From an uncultured Clostridium sp. (GTDB lineage Bacteria; Bacillota; Clostridia; TANB77; CAG-508): a stretch of 61,569 bases of DNA. The position numbers and the translations under genes are program-made. Under the pieces are notes generated by a model. That model worked only from the letters and a program-made list of their open reading frames with translations, ran no database searches and had not been told where the DNA came from. The stretch lies in assembly GCA_947568535.1 (NCBI GenBank), contig CANOPF010000001.1, positions 1-61,569 on the forward strand, given 5' to 3'. This document shows, piece by piece, positions 30,233 through 40,007 of this stretch. The first letter of the stretch is position 1. Each line of letters opens with the position of its first letter.

Positions 30233-30349
30233 TTAGCAACATCCGCCTCTGTTACCACCACAACAACAACAGATTAATAATATTAGGATAATAATCCAGC
30301 AACAATCATCACCAAATCCGAATCCACCGCATCCTCTATTTTCTGGCAT
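30233..30349 (-). CDS. YjcZ-like Gly/Cys-rich sporulation micro-protein (38 aa)
   Basis: Unlisted ORF MPENRGCGGFGFGDDCCWIIILILLICCCCGGNRGGCC with a strong RBS (GGAAGGGGG) and a terminator downstream. Confidence 0.6.
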   Translation of the reverse strand: MPENRGCGGFGFGDDCCWIIILILLICCCCGGNRGGCC

Positions 30350-30540
30350 AGTCTAGACCCCCTTCCCTAAAAGAAATATGTTCTGTTATTTGTTTTCTTT
30401 TGTTGTTTCCTTTGTATGATATATCATATGTGGTAGAAAAAATTGTGTTACAAAAATTTGGAAATTATTTTCTAACTATTGATTTCTAGAATAATTTGAG
30501 GTATAACAAGTATAATAAATTAAGAAAGGGACTGGTGTAA

Positions 30541-31635
30541 ATGGAAGAACAGATAGATAAACAAAGTGATAAACAACAAAGAGATGAATTAGCCAAATTA
30601 CAACAAGAGGTAAAACCAGCTAATAAAAAGGTAATTATAGTTAACTTTTTATTAATTATGATGATTTTTGTTGGATTATTTATTTATATGCTGAAAGTAG
30701 ATGGGATAGATAATATTATTCAATTAATACATCAGGTTGATAATAAATGGGTCATAGCGGGTTTGATTTGTTTGATGATTCACTGGTTTTGTGAAGCCAG
30801 TAATTTGCATATTCCCTTAAAAAAGATGTATCCGAATCAAACCTTTAGTCATTCATTTAAAGTATCTATGTTAGGTCAATTATTTAATAATATTACACCC
30901 TTTTCATCAGGTGGTCAGCCTATGCAAGCCTATGTATTAACTAAGACAGGGAAAAGAGTTAGTGATTCGTTATCAGCAATGGCAATGAAATTTATTATTA
31001 CCCAGATAGCTTTGGTCGTAACAACGATTGTTGTAGCTTTATTTGAATTTTCTTTTTTTGCTCATCTTATGCAAAACTATATATGGATTGCTGTTATAGG
31101 ATTTTTATTGAATATTTTAGCCATAATTGTGGTAATTTTAGCAGGTATACAAAAAAAGATGATTACTTTTTTTACTACGCCAGTAATTAAATGGTTAGGA
31201 AAAATGGGGGTATTCAAGGAGCCAGAAAAAACAATAGAAAAATTGGATATCAGTATTGATCATTTTAGAAAACAGTTTCTTTTTATGAAAGAGGAGAAAA
31301 AAATGGTCATAAAAATGTTTGTAGTAGCTGTTATACAGAGTCTCGCTTATTATTCTATTACGTATATGATCTATCGAGCTTTTGGTAATGTAGGAATTAC
31401 TTTTTGGCAGATTATTCCTATACAAGCATTCTTATTGTTAATCATGACTTTTATACCAACTCCTGGCTCAGGGCTTGGAGCAGAAGGAGGATTTTATCTA
31501 TTATTTAGTTCTGTATTTCAGGAGGGAACCATTCACATGTCAATATTATTTTGGAGGATGTATACCTTTTATTTACCAATAATTGTTGGTGCATTATTTT
31601 TAATACCAATAAAAAGAAAAGGAAGGAAGGCATAG
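30541..31635 (+). CDS. flippase-like (lysylphosphatidylglycerol synthase TM region, UPF0104) membrane protein
   Basis: About 8 TM helices. ITPFSSGGQPMQAY and TPGSGLGAEGGF motifs are typical of the family. Confidence 0.75.
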   Translation: MEEQIDKQSDKQQRDELAKLQQEVKPANKKVIIVNFLLIMMIFVGLFIYMLKVDGIDNIIQLIHQVDNKWVIAGLICLMIHWFCEASNLHIPLKKMYPNQTFSHSFKVSMLGQLFNNITPFSSGGQPMQAYVLTKTGKRVSDSLSAMAMKFIITQIALVVTTIVVALFEFSFFAHLMQNYIWIAVIGFLLNILAIIVVILAGIQKKMITFFTTPVIKWLGKMGVFKEPEKTIEKLDISIDHFRKQFLFMKEEKKMVIKMFVVAVIQSLAYYSITYMIYRAFGNVGITFWQIIPIQAFLLLIMTFIPTPGSGLGAEGGFYLLFSSVFQEGTIHMSILFWRMYTFYLPIIVGALFLIPIKRKGRKA

Positions 31636-31636
31636 A

Positions 31637-32291
31637 ATGGATACACTTATTGTTGCAGGGGGAGAAATAAATAGTGAAATTTTATCTCAGTGTATAAAAG
31701 AACATAAACGGACAAAATATTATTGCTGTAGATAAAGGACTAGAAATTTTGTATGATATGAAGATTAAACCTAATCATGTAGTAGGAGATTTTGATTCGG
31801 TGAGTAAAGAGATTTTACTGTTTTACCAAAAAGATAAGCAGATTATCTTTTATCCGTATCATCCAGAGAAAGATAATACAGATACCGATATAGCGTTAAC
31901 CTTAGCTATTCAATTAAAAAGTTCAAATATTACGATAATAGGAGCACTGGGAGGAAGAATGGATCATGCTTTAGCCAATATTCATATTCTAAAAAAGGCT
32001 TTAAGAGCTAATATTCCTTGTCAAATTTTAGATCACGATAATAAAATTTATTTGTTAGATAAAGAAACAAAATTAAGTAAAAGTAAATTATATGGTCAAT
32101 ATATTTCCTTGATTCCGTTGACTACTACGGTAGAGGGTGTAACATTGACTGGTTTTAAATATCCATTAACACATGCTTGTATGTCGATAGGTGAGAGTTT
32201 GGGCGTTAGTAATGAAATGATACACGATGTGGCTACTATTTCCCTAACTAGTGGTATTTTTATTGTAATTGAAAGTAGGGATTGCTTGTAA
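31637..32291 (+). CDS. thiN: thiamine pyrophosphokinase, frame broken at an in-frame CGG
   Basis: MDTLIVAGGEINSEILSQCIKEHK then CGG at 31709-31711. Skipping the C gives GQNIIAVDKGLEILYDMKIKPNHVVGDFDSV...DNTDTDIAL..., a complete TPK. Confidence 0.85.
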
Positions 32292-32306
32292 TGCAATCCC
32301 TACTTT
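32272..32306. terminator. bidirectional terminator between thiN and porB
   Basis: AAAGTAGGGATTGC-ttgtaat-GCAATCCCTACTTT. The thiN stop lies in the loop. Confidence 0.75.
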
Positions 32307-32308
32307 AT

Positions 32309-33256
32309 CTATTTATTTGTGATTTCTTCTAAATCTAATAGTTCTTGCCATCTAGCATCTACTTCTTTTTGGAATTCCTCAATCATCCATTCATTACCAG
32401 ATTTAAACATGTGTTTAAATCTTTTTTGTGGTTTTAGGAAATCTTCAATTGGTAATTTTTTGGCAGGTTTATAATTGATTTTGTATTTTCCTTCAATTAC
32501 TTCATATAGAGGCCAATAGCATGTTTCAACAGCTAATTTATTGATAGACATTAGTTGATCAGTTGGATATCCCCATCCTCTTGGACATGGTGCCATTACA
32601 TTTAAGAAAGTAGGCCCTTTTGTGTAAATCGCTTTTTCTGCTTTTTCATATAAATCTTTAAAGTTCAGGTAAGCCAAAGTTTGGGCAACATAAGGAAGGT
32701 GATGTCCTACCATGATTTTGGCTAAATCTTTTCTTGATTGCATTTTGCCAGGAATTGTTGTTCCTGCTGGAGATGTAGTGGTATCAGCAAATTTAGGTGT
32801 AGCTGAAGAACGTTGAATTCCCGTATTCATGTAAGCACCATTGTCATAACATACATATACCATATCGTGCCCACGTTCCATTGCTCCTGACAAGCTTTGT
32901 AGTCCAATGTCATAGGTTCCTCCATCTCCACCAAAAGCAATAAATTTTGTTTCCCCTTCTGGTAATTTTCCTTGTTTTTTCATGGATTGATAGGCAGCTT
33001 CTACCCCTGCTAATGTAGCACCTGCACATTCAAAAGCAGTATGAATAAAAGAATCTGTCCAAGCCGTATATGGATAGATGAACGTAGAAACTTCCATACA
33101 TCCTGTAGCACCTGCAATGACAGCATGGTCTTCAGCTTTTAAGGCTCGCATAATATGTCTAGCTACAGGGGGAGCTCCACAACCTGCACACATTCTATGC
33201 CCAGCAGTAAATCTTGAAGGCTTATTGGCTACAATTTCTTTTAGATTATAAGGCAT
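32309..33256 (-). CDS. porB: 2-oxoacid:ferredoxin oxidoreductase beta (TPP-binding) subunit
   Basis: CAGCG near the N-terminus and the GDGG.YDIG TPP motif. It is last in the four-gene operon. Confidence 0.88.
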   Translation of the reverse strand: MPYNLKEIVANKPSRFTAGHRMCAGCGAPPVARHIMRALKAEDHAVIAGATGCMEVSTFIYPYTAWTDSFIHTAFECAGATLAGVEAAYQSMKKQGKLPEGETKFIAFGGDGGTYDIGLQSLSGAMERGHDMVYVCYDNGAYMNTGIQRSSATPKFADTTTSPAGTTIPGKMQSRKDLAKIMVGHHLPYVAQTLAYLNFKDLYEKAEKAIYTKGPTFLNVMAPCPRGWGYPTDQLMSINKLAVETCYWPLYEVIEGKYKINYKPAKKLPIEDFLKPQKRFKHMFKSGNEWMIEEFQKEVDARWQELLDLEEITNK

Positions 33257-34452
33257 TATTGGTCACCTTCCTTTCTTCTTAATCCCAAATAACGATAAGG
33301 ATTATCTATTTTATGGTTTTTCATTATGGTTAATAAATCGTGAAAAACAGATTCAATATCATCTGTTTTGGTATCTCTACCACCAATACCATAAATGTAA
33401 TTGACAGCAGGTACATGAACATGATTGACATACATAGCAGAAGTTACATCTTCAAATAAAGCTCCACCAGAGGCATTTAAAGAATCTGCCCTATCTAGTA
33501 TGGCAATAGCTTTTAGATGAGATAATGCTTTGGTTACTTCTTCTACTGGGAATGGTCGAAAGACGCGGATTTTTAATAGTCCTGCTTTTATTCCCTTTTC
33601 TCTTAATTGATCGACTACAAATTTAGTTGTTCCAGCAGTTGAATTCATACAAACAATAGCTATTTCAGCATCTTCTAAACGATATTCTTCTAATAAACCA
33701 TAGCTTCTACCTGTCATTTTTTCAAAATCTTTGGCTACATCTAAGATGACTTGTTTTGCATTTTTCATAGCAATAGCTTGTTGAGCTTTATGTTCAAATA
33801 AGTAAGCTTGTAAATCTAATGGTCCAACAGCAATTGGTTCTTGTTTATTCAATAGATAATGGTCTGGTTTATATTCTCCAACAAATTCTTTTACTTTATC
33901 ATCTTCTACTAATTCGATATTTTCAATAGCATGGGAGGTAATAAAACCATCTTGACATACCATTAGTGGTAATCGAACATCTTTATGTTCGGCAATTCGG
34001 TGAGCCATTAAGGTGTTATCATAGGCTTCTTGATTGGTTTCTGAAAATAACATGATCCAACCAGAATCTCTTACTCCCATGGCATCTGAATGGTCACAGT
34101 GAATATTTAACGGACCAGAAACAGCTCGATTGACTAACGATAAGACAATAGGCAATCGTAAACTAGAAGCAATATAAATCATTTCCCACATTAAGGATAA
34201 TCCATTAGCAGAAGTAGCTGTCATTGCTCTACTTCCAGCAGCTTCTGCTCCAATACAAGCAGACATAGCACTATGTTCACTTTCTACAGCAACGAATTCT
34301 GTATCAACAGTTCCATTAGCTACGAAAGTGGAAAAATATTGAGGTATTTCTGTAGAAGGGGTAATGGGAAATGCAGCGACTACGTCAGGATTAATTTGTT
34401 TCATGGCAGTTGCTGCTGCTTCATTACCACTTAATCTTTCTCTTATACTCAT
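33256..34452 (-). CDS. porA: 2-oxoacid:ferredoxin oxidoreductase alpha subunit
   Basis: 398 aa. GNEAAA..........A.PITPSTEI N-terminus typical of POR/VOR alpha subunits. Confidence 0.88.
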   Translation of the reverse strand: MSIRERLSGNEAAATAMKQINPDVVAAFPITPSTEIPQYFSTFVANGTVDTEFVAVESEHSAMSACIGAEAAGSRAMTATSANGLSLMWEMIYIASSLRLPIVLSLVNRAVSGPLNIHCDHSDAMGVRDSGWIMLFSETNQEAYDNTLMAHRIAEHKDVRLPLMVCQDGFITSHAIENIELVEDDKVKEFVGEYKPDHYLLNKQEPIAVGPLDLQAYLFEHKAQQAIAMKNAKQVILDVAKDFEKMTGRSYGLLEEYRLEDAEIAIVCMNSTAGTTKFVVDQLREKGIKAGLLKIRVFRPFPVEEVTKALSHLKAIAILDRADSLNASGGALFEDVTSAMYVNHVHVPAVNYIYGIGGRDTKTDDIESVFHDLLTIMKNHKIDNPYRYLGLRRKEGDQ

Positions 34453-34477
34453 AATAAATTCCTTTCTTTTTTTATTT

Positions 34478-34762
34478 TTATTTCATTTCAATGGCACTAA
34501 ATGGACAAACTTTGGCACATACGCCACATCCTTTACAATAATCATAATTGAAATTTTCTCTTTGTGAATGTTGATTAACAGGAATGGCATCTTCTGGACA
34601 AACAGGAAAACATAGCCCACATTGTTTACATTTATCGCTTAAGAAAATAGGACGAATACTTCTCCAATCCCCTGTTTTAAATTCTCTAGCGTTTCCTGCT
34701 GTATAAATATCACCACCCATAGTTAGTTCTTCCATAGGTGTTTGATTATTGATTTCTGTCAT
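34478..34762 (-). CDS. porD: 2-oxoacid:ferredoxin oxidoreductase delta subunit (2x[4Fe-4S])
   Basis: CKQCGLCFPVCP and CKGCGVCAKVCP motifs. Confidence 0.88.
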   Translation of the reverse strand: MTEINNQTPMEELTMGGDIYTAGNAREFKTGDWRSIRPIFLSDKCKQCGLCFPVCPEDAIPVNQHSQRENFNYDYCKGCGVCAKVCPFSAIEMK

Positions 34763-35337
34763 ATCTTTTTTACCTCCTTTAATGCTAATTCCAAAGCCTT
34801 CATATTTCCATCGATGACTTCTGGTTTTTTGGCGAATTTATGTTTAAATGAATCTTTCATGTCTTCTAGCAAGGTTTCGTCTGACATGACACCACTTACT
34901 TTAACAATGGCTGCAAGCATAGGTGTGTTAGGGAAGTATTTACCTAAAGCTTCTTCTGAGATTTTTCTCGCATCGATTGTATAAATATTTCCTTTGTACC
35001 CTTTTAAAACAGAAGTTAAGTAATCTGCTGATTTGGTTGTATTGATGACAATGGCTCCTGTTTCTTTTAATCCTGCTGTTACATCTACTGCTTCTAATAG
35101 TGTGTCATCAACAACAACGACATAGTCTGGTTCATAGATGTTACTGTGAATAGTAATGGGGTTGCTACTGATACGATTATAGGCTGTAATAGGAGCCCCC
35201 ATTCTTTCAGGTCCATATTCTGGAAAACCTTGAATATATTTTCCTGTGTTGAAAGCAGCATCGGCAAGTAATAAGGATGCTGTTTTCGCACCTTGCCCAC
35301 CTCTACCATGCCATCTGATTTCGATTAAGTTATCCAT
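34759..35337 (-). CDS. porG: 2-oxoacid:ferredoxin oxidoreductase gamma subunit
   Basis: IRWHGRGGQGAKTAS N-terminus. It overlaps the porD start by 4 nt. Confidence 0.88.
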   Translation of the reverse strand: MDNLIEIRWHGRGGQGAKTASLLLADAAFNTGKYIQGFPEYGPERMGAPITAYNRISSNPITIHSNIYEPDYVVVVDDTLLEAVDVTAGLKETGAIVINTTKSADYLTSVLKGYKGNIYTIDARKISEEALGKYFPNTPMLAAIVKVSGVMSDETLLEDMKDSFKHKFAKKPEVIDGNMKALELALKEVKKI

Positions 35338-35574
35338 GTTGATAGCCTCCTTTTTCTTCTTTTTTATGAAATTAGTATATGCCTAAATGGAGTTGATGTC
35401 AAGAGAAAATGGTCGAATTGAACAAGGTGTCAGTTAAATTTTTTCACTATATTTTTGTTGATTTTTAGTGAAAAATAGAACAAAGGTTAAATAAAAAAAT
35501 AGAAAATTAGCTTTTATGCCTACTTTACAAATTATATTTTTCTGTTATAATAAGAAAAGAAAGGGGAATATGGT

Positions 35575-36291
35575 GTGAAAAAGAATGTCAAGAAGGTTAT
35601 TATTGTAGGAATACTTATTTTATTGAGTATTTTAGTCATAGGAGGGTATTTTCTCATTAAGGATAAAACGCAAAGAACGAAAATGTATCAGGAATTTGCC
35701 GAATTAGGTAAATTAATGAATACAGAAAATCTAACGAAAGAAAAATTGGAGGAAAAAACCAATACGAGAGTGGTAACTGGTCGATATGGAATACTTGAGA
35801 ATGCTGCCAAAACTTATGTGTCAGACTTGTTTACAATAACAGATGAGTTGAAAACATTATTAGAAGATAAAAAAATGTCTCAGCTTTTAACAGCTCATAA
35901 TTATCAAGAAGATGGACCAGAATTTGTTGAAACAAAGAAATATTTACATGAAATCAAACAAAAATTGCATGATAAAAAAATAGAAATGTTTTCCTTTTTA
36001 GAAGAAGATAAGATAAATTCTTATTTAGAAAAAGAAAGTCCTAATTCATCGATGAAAAAGTTATATCAAGAATTAGTTACAAAAGAAATTAACCTATCAG
36101 AAGTTGAAAAAAATGAAGTAGATGAATCCATTAATAAAGTAGTATCTACATTAGATATTGTTGAAGAGATTATTGATTTATTAATAGAAAATAAAGGAAA
36201 ATGGAAAGTACAAGATGAACGAATTTTATTTGATACAGATACATTAGTAACAATGTATAATGAATTTATTCAAAAACTAAGAATAATCTAG
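35575..36291 (+). CDS. membrane-anchored hypothetical protein
   Basis: GTG start, one N-terminal TM helix (VIIVGILILLSILVIGGYFLI), then a helical Lys/Glu-rich ectodomain. No recognisable family. Confidence 0.55.
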   Translation: MKKNVKKVIIVGILILLSILVIGGYFLIKDKTQRTKMYQEFAELGKLMNTENLTKEKLEEKTNTRVVTGRYGILENAAKTYVSDLFTITDELKTLLEDKKMSQLLTAHNYQEDGPEFVETKKYLHEIKQKLHDKKIEMFSFLEEDKINSYLEKESPNSSMKKLYQELVTKEINLSEVEKNEVDESINKVVSTLDIVEEIIDLLIENKGKWKVQDERILFDTDTLVTMYNEFIQKLRII

Positions 36292-36327
36292 AGAAAATTA
36301 GGTATAATGGATAGAAAGGAGTAAGAC

Positions 36328-37497
36328 ATGAAAGACACGACCATAACAGATTCAATCATTTATATAGGAGCAGATGATAAAGAAATCCGATTATTTGAAT
36401 CACAATATGAAGTGCCAAATGGTATGGCTTATAATTCTTATTTAATCAAAGATAAAAAAAATGTGGTATTGGATACCATTGATAGAAATGTTACCAATAC
36501 ATGGTTAGTTAATTTAGAAAAAGAATTGAATGGAGAAGAAGTAGATTATTTAGTTGTATCTCATCTGGAGCCAGATCATGCCTATAACATAGGTCTATTG
36601 GCTAGAAAATACCCAAAGATGAAAATTATTGGTAATGCAATGACGTTTAAGATGTTGCCCAATTTTTTTGATCTCGATATAACCCAGAGAAAAGTAGAAG
36701 TAAAAGAGGGAGAAACTTTAAATTTTGGTAAACATACTTTACAATTTTTTATGGCTCCTATGGTGCATTGGCCAGAAGTCATGGTAACTTATGATCACAA
36801 TGATAAAGTTTTGTTTTCAGCAGATGGTTTTGGAAAATTTGGAACACTGAATACGGAAGAAGATTGGGATTGTGAGGCTCGTCGATATTACTTTGGTATT
36901 GTAGGAAAATATGGAGCACAAGTGCAGGCATTATTGAAAAAGGTGGCTAAACTTGAAATCGATATCATTTGTCCATTACATGGTCCGATATTAAAAGAAA
37001 ATCTAGGACATTATATAGAAAAATATGATATATGGAGCAGTTATCGACCAGAAGATGAAGGTGTACACATAGCTTGTGCTTCAATCTATGGAAATACGTT
37101 AGCAGTAGCACGACAATTAAAAGAGATATTAGAAAGAAAAGGGGCTAAAAAAGTTGTTTTAACGGATTTAGTAAAAGAAGATATGGCAGAAGCAGTAGAA
37201 GACGCCTTTCGTTATGGAAAAATAGTATTAGCAGCATCTAGTTATAATGCAGGGGTGTTTGTACCAATGCAACAATTTTTAACAAAGTTAAAAGAGAGAA
37301 ATTATCAAAATAGAAAGGTAGCACTTATTGAAAATGGATCTTGGGCTCCATCAGCAGCTAAAACCATGAGGGAAATATTACAAGAGATGAAAGAAATAGA
37401 AATTATAGAACCATCTGTAACTATTCAATCAACCATGAAACCAGAGAATATAGAACAGATGGAAAAATTAGCAGAGGCAATAATGGGAGGTGAATAA
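36328..37497 (+). CDS. FprA family A-type flavodiiron protein
   Basis: Metallo-beta-lactamase-like domain with HLEPDH plus a C-terminal flavodoxin-like domain. A rubredoxin gene follows. Confidence 0.88.
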   Translation: MKDTTITDSIIYIGADDKEIRLFESQYEVPNGMAYNSYLIKDKKNVVLDTIDRNVTNTWLVNLEKELNGEEVDYLVVSHLEPDHAYNIGLLARKYPKMKIIGNAMTFKMLPNFFDLDITQRKVEVKEGETLNFGKHTLQFFMAPMVHWPEVMVTYDHNDKVLFSADGFGKFGTLNTEEDWDCEARRYYFGIVGKYGAQVQALLKKVAKLEIDIICPLHGPILKENLGHYIEKYDIWSSYRPEDEGVHIACASIYGNTLAVARQLKEILERKGAKKVVLTDLVKEDMAEAVEDAFRYGKIVLAASSYNAGVFVPMQQFLTKLKERNYQNRKVALIENGSWAPSAAKTMREILQEMKEIEIIEPSVTIQSTMKPENIEQMEKLAEAIMGGE

Positions 37498-37498
37498 G

Positions 37499-37636
37499 AT
37501 GAAATATAAATGTACAGTATGTGGATATATTTATGATGACGAGAAAGAAAATACAAAATTTGTAGATTTACCAGAAGATTGGACATGTCCTTTATGTGGT
37601 GTTAGTAAGGACTTATTTGAAAAAATAGAAGACTGA
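37499..37636 (+). CDS. rubredoxin
   Basis: Unlisted 45-aa [48 protein letters not shown] with CxxCG...CPxCG. Confidence 0.9.
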   Translation: MKYKCTVCGYIYDDEKENTKFVDLPEDWTCPLCGVSKDLFEKIED

Positions 37637-37640
37637 AAAT

Positions 37641-37677
37641 AAAGAAGAAGAAAACTAAGATTTCTTCTTCTTTTGTT
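37641..37677. terminator. terminator after rubredoxin (shared with the convergent small ORF)
   Basis: AAAGAAGAAGAAA-actaaga-TTTCTTCTTCTTT followed by TG TTT. Confidence 0.7.
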
Positions 37678-37810
37678 TAGGTACAACGATACTAGATGGT
37701 TTTTCTTTGGTTGTTTTGGGCTTGGCAACATTTAAGTAGTTATGGACAGGAGAAATATCTAAGCTTTCAACATCACCAGTGACTACTTTTAATTCTTTCT
37801 TTTCTGCCAT
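37655..37810 (-). CDS. small basic hypothetical protein (51 aa)
   Basis: MAEKKELKVVTGDVESLDISPVHNYLNVAKPKTTKEKPSSIVVPKQKKKKS behind GGGGAGG. The longer track ORF has an implausible hydrophobic extension. Confidence 0.5.
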   Translation of the reverse strand: MAEKKELKVVTGDVESLDISPVHNYLNVAKPKTTKEKPSSIVVPKQKKKKS

Positions 37811-37986
37811 ATAAATCCTCCCCTTTTTATTTCTTAACGATATCGTATCATAGAAAAAGAAAAAGTGCAAGAACACAAAGGTAAAGCAAAAAAATATTGA
37901 CATAGAAGTGTTTTCATGGCATAATAATAAAAAGAAAAATTAAAAATTATTGTGAAGAGATTACCTGGAAAGGAATGAGAAGAAAA

Positions 37987-38595
37987 ATGGAAATCAATCA
38001 AATCAAGTCAATGATAGAAGCCATTCTTTTTTCAGCGGGAAGACCCGTGTCACAGAAAGAATTAATGTTAAGTTTAGAGATAGCAGAAGCAGATTTAGAA
38101 GCCATTATAGCTAAAATGCAAGAAGAATATAAAGAGTCAACAAGAGGGTTGGAAATTATCAAAATAGAGCAATCTTATCAGTTATGTACCAAAAAAGAAT
38201 TATATGACTATATTTATCCCATAATTGACAAGAGAAGTAAACCCAATTTATCCAACGCAGCATTAGAGACTTTATCTATTATTGCCTATAATCCTAAAAT
38301 AACTAGGGCAGAAATAGAAGCTATTCGTGGAGTATCTGCTGATGCTTGTGTCTATAAATTGTTAGAATATGGATTAGTAGAGGAAGCAGGAAAAGTAGAT
38401 TTACCTGGAAGACCAATGTCATATCAAACGACAGAAGAATTTTTAAGAATGTTTGGTTATGCTTCTTTAGAGGATTTGCCAGAATTACCAAAATATAAAA
38501 TGGACGAAAACCAACAGATTGTAATGGATGAATTCGTAGAAACAGAAAATGAAAATAAAGAAGAAATAGAAGTTTCTGTGAATAACAATGAATAG
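37987..38595 (+). CDS. scpB: segregation and condensation protein B
   Basis: IEAILFSAGRPVS, ALETLSIIAYNPKITRAEIEAIRGV and LPGRPMSYQTTEEFL motifs. Confidence 0.88.
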   Translation: MEINQIKSMIEAILFSAGRPVSQKELMLSLEIAEADLEAIIAKMQEEYKESTRGLEIIKIEQSYQLCTKKELYDYIYPIIDKRSKPNLSNAALETLSIIAYNPKITRAEIEAIRGVSADACVYKLLEYGLVEEAGKVDLPGRPMSYQTTEEFLRMFGYASLEDLPELPKYKMDENQQIVMDEFVETENENKEEIEVSVNNNE

Positions 38596-38610
38596 AAAAG
38601 GGGAGATAGT

Positions 38611-39891
38611 ATGAAATTATCACAGACAGGATTAGGAACAGTAAAATTAAATCATATTGATGAAATGTATCCAGGACAAAGTATTTTACTACAAACAGGT
38701 CAATTAGTACAATATGGAGCTGGGCTATTTGGATATAATACAATACCATTATTGGTAAGAAGAAAAATAGAACAGATTATTGTTGATACCTTAAATAAAT
38801 ACGGTTGTATCGAAGTATTATTGCCAACTTTACAACCAGATACGATATGGAAAAATTCGGGAAGATATAATCATTATGTAGAAGAAGGAACTATGCTAAT
38901 TACTGAATCAAATAAAGGAACATTTTGTTTAGCACCAACAGGAGAAGAAGCTATGTTAGAATTTGCTAGAGAAAAATTAAAATCCTATAAAAATTTACCA
39001 GTAACCTATTATCAAATTGGAGAAAAATTTAGAAACGAAATTAGAACAAGAGGATATCTGTTAAGAGGAAAATCTTTTCCTATGTTGGATGCCTATAGTT
39101 TTGATCAAGATGAAGAAGCTATGATCAAATCATATGAAAATGTGAGAAATGCTTTTATCGAAATATTTGAGAAAATAGGTTTAAAAGTGATTCCTATTGT
39201 TGCGGATAATGGAGCAATGGGAGGAAAAAAATCAGAGGAATTTATGCTAATTTCTAATCAAGGGGAAGATAGAATATTGTATAATGAAAAAACAGGAAGA
39301 GGATTAAATACAGAAATTTTAGAAAAAGATAATTATCAGGAATATTTAAAAGTAGAATATGGAATTGAAGATATCTCCGATTTTAAAGAAATGAGAACAA
39401 TGGAATTAGGGCATATCTTCCAATTGGGAACAAGATATTCAGAAATGATGAATGGAAAATTTACTAATCAAGAAGGAAAAGAAACATTATATTATATGGG
39501 ATGTTATGGCATTGGGGTAAGTCGAACTGTTGCAGCCTTATATGAGCAATGTTTAATCAAAGATGAAAAATGGGGACCTTGTGGTTTTTCTTTACCAGAA
39601 GAAGTTGCTCCTTATGTGATTCAAATTATTCCCAAAATGGATAAAGAAGAAAAAGTAAGGCAAGCGAACGAACTTTATGAAAAATTAAAAAAAGAAGGAA
39701 TTGGCGTTATTTTAGATGATAGAGAAAATATCAGTATAGGTAGTAAAATGAAAGACTGTAAAGTATTAGGTACACCATATATGGTGGTATTAGGAGATAA
39801 AGCAATAGAAGATCACATAGAAATAGAAAGTACTAGAACAGGGAAAAAAGAGATGTTAACAAAGCAAGAATTAAGTAAAAGATTTCAATAA
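38611..39891 (+). CDS. proS: bacterial-type prolyl-tRNA synthetase homologue lacking the INS editing domain
   Basis: Class II motifs FRNEIRTRGYLLRGKSFPMLDAYSF (motif 2) and GCYGIGVSRTVAALYEQ (motif 3). Only a short linker lies between them, giving 426 aa. Confidence 0.75.
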   Translation: MKLSQTGLGTVKLNHIDEMYPGQSILLQTGQLVQYGAGLFGYNTIPLLVRRKIEQIIVDTLNKYGCIEVLLPTLQPDTIWKNSGRYNHYVEEGTMLITESNKGTFCLAPTGEEAMLEFAREKLKSYKNLPVTYYQIGEKFRNEIRTRGYLLRGKSFPMLDAYSFDQDEEAMIKSYENVRNAFIEIFEKIGLKVIPIVADNGAMGGKKSEEFMLISNQGEDRILYNEKTGRGLNTEILEKDNYQEYLKVEYGIEDISDFKEMRTMELGHIFQLGTRYSEMMNGKFTNQEGKETLYYMGCYGIGVSRTVAALYEQCLIKDEKWGPCGFSLPEEVAPYVIQIIPKMDKEEKVRQANELYEKLKKEGIGVILDDRENISIGSKMKDCKVLGTPYMVVLGDKAIEDHIEIESTRTGKKEMLTKQELSKRFQ

Positions 39892-40007
39892 AAAAAGAAG
39901 GAGTTTCCTTCTTTTTTCACGTAAAGAACACAAAGAAAATATCAATTCATAACAATAAAACGATAAAATCAGCATATACTAAATAAGAAGAGAGGTGTAT
40001 AGGCTGA

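Noticed and set aside
37835-37850. The 10-bp palindrome ACGATATCGT upstream of the small basic ORF.
   Set aside because: It overlaps the likely -10 region (TACGAT). It is short, occurs once, and may be coincidental.
38321-38749. A 142-aa minus-strand ORF spanning the scpB/proS boundary.
   Set aside because: It is antisense to two conserved genes and its translation is low complexity.
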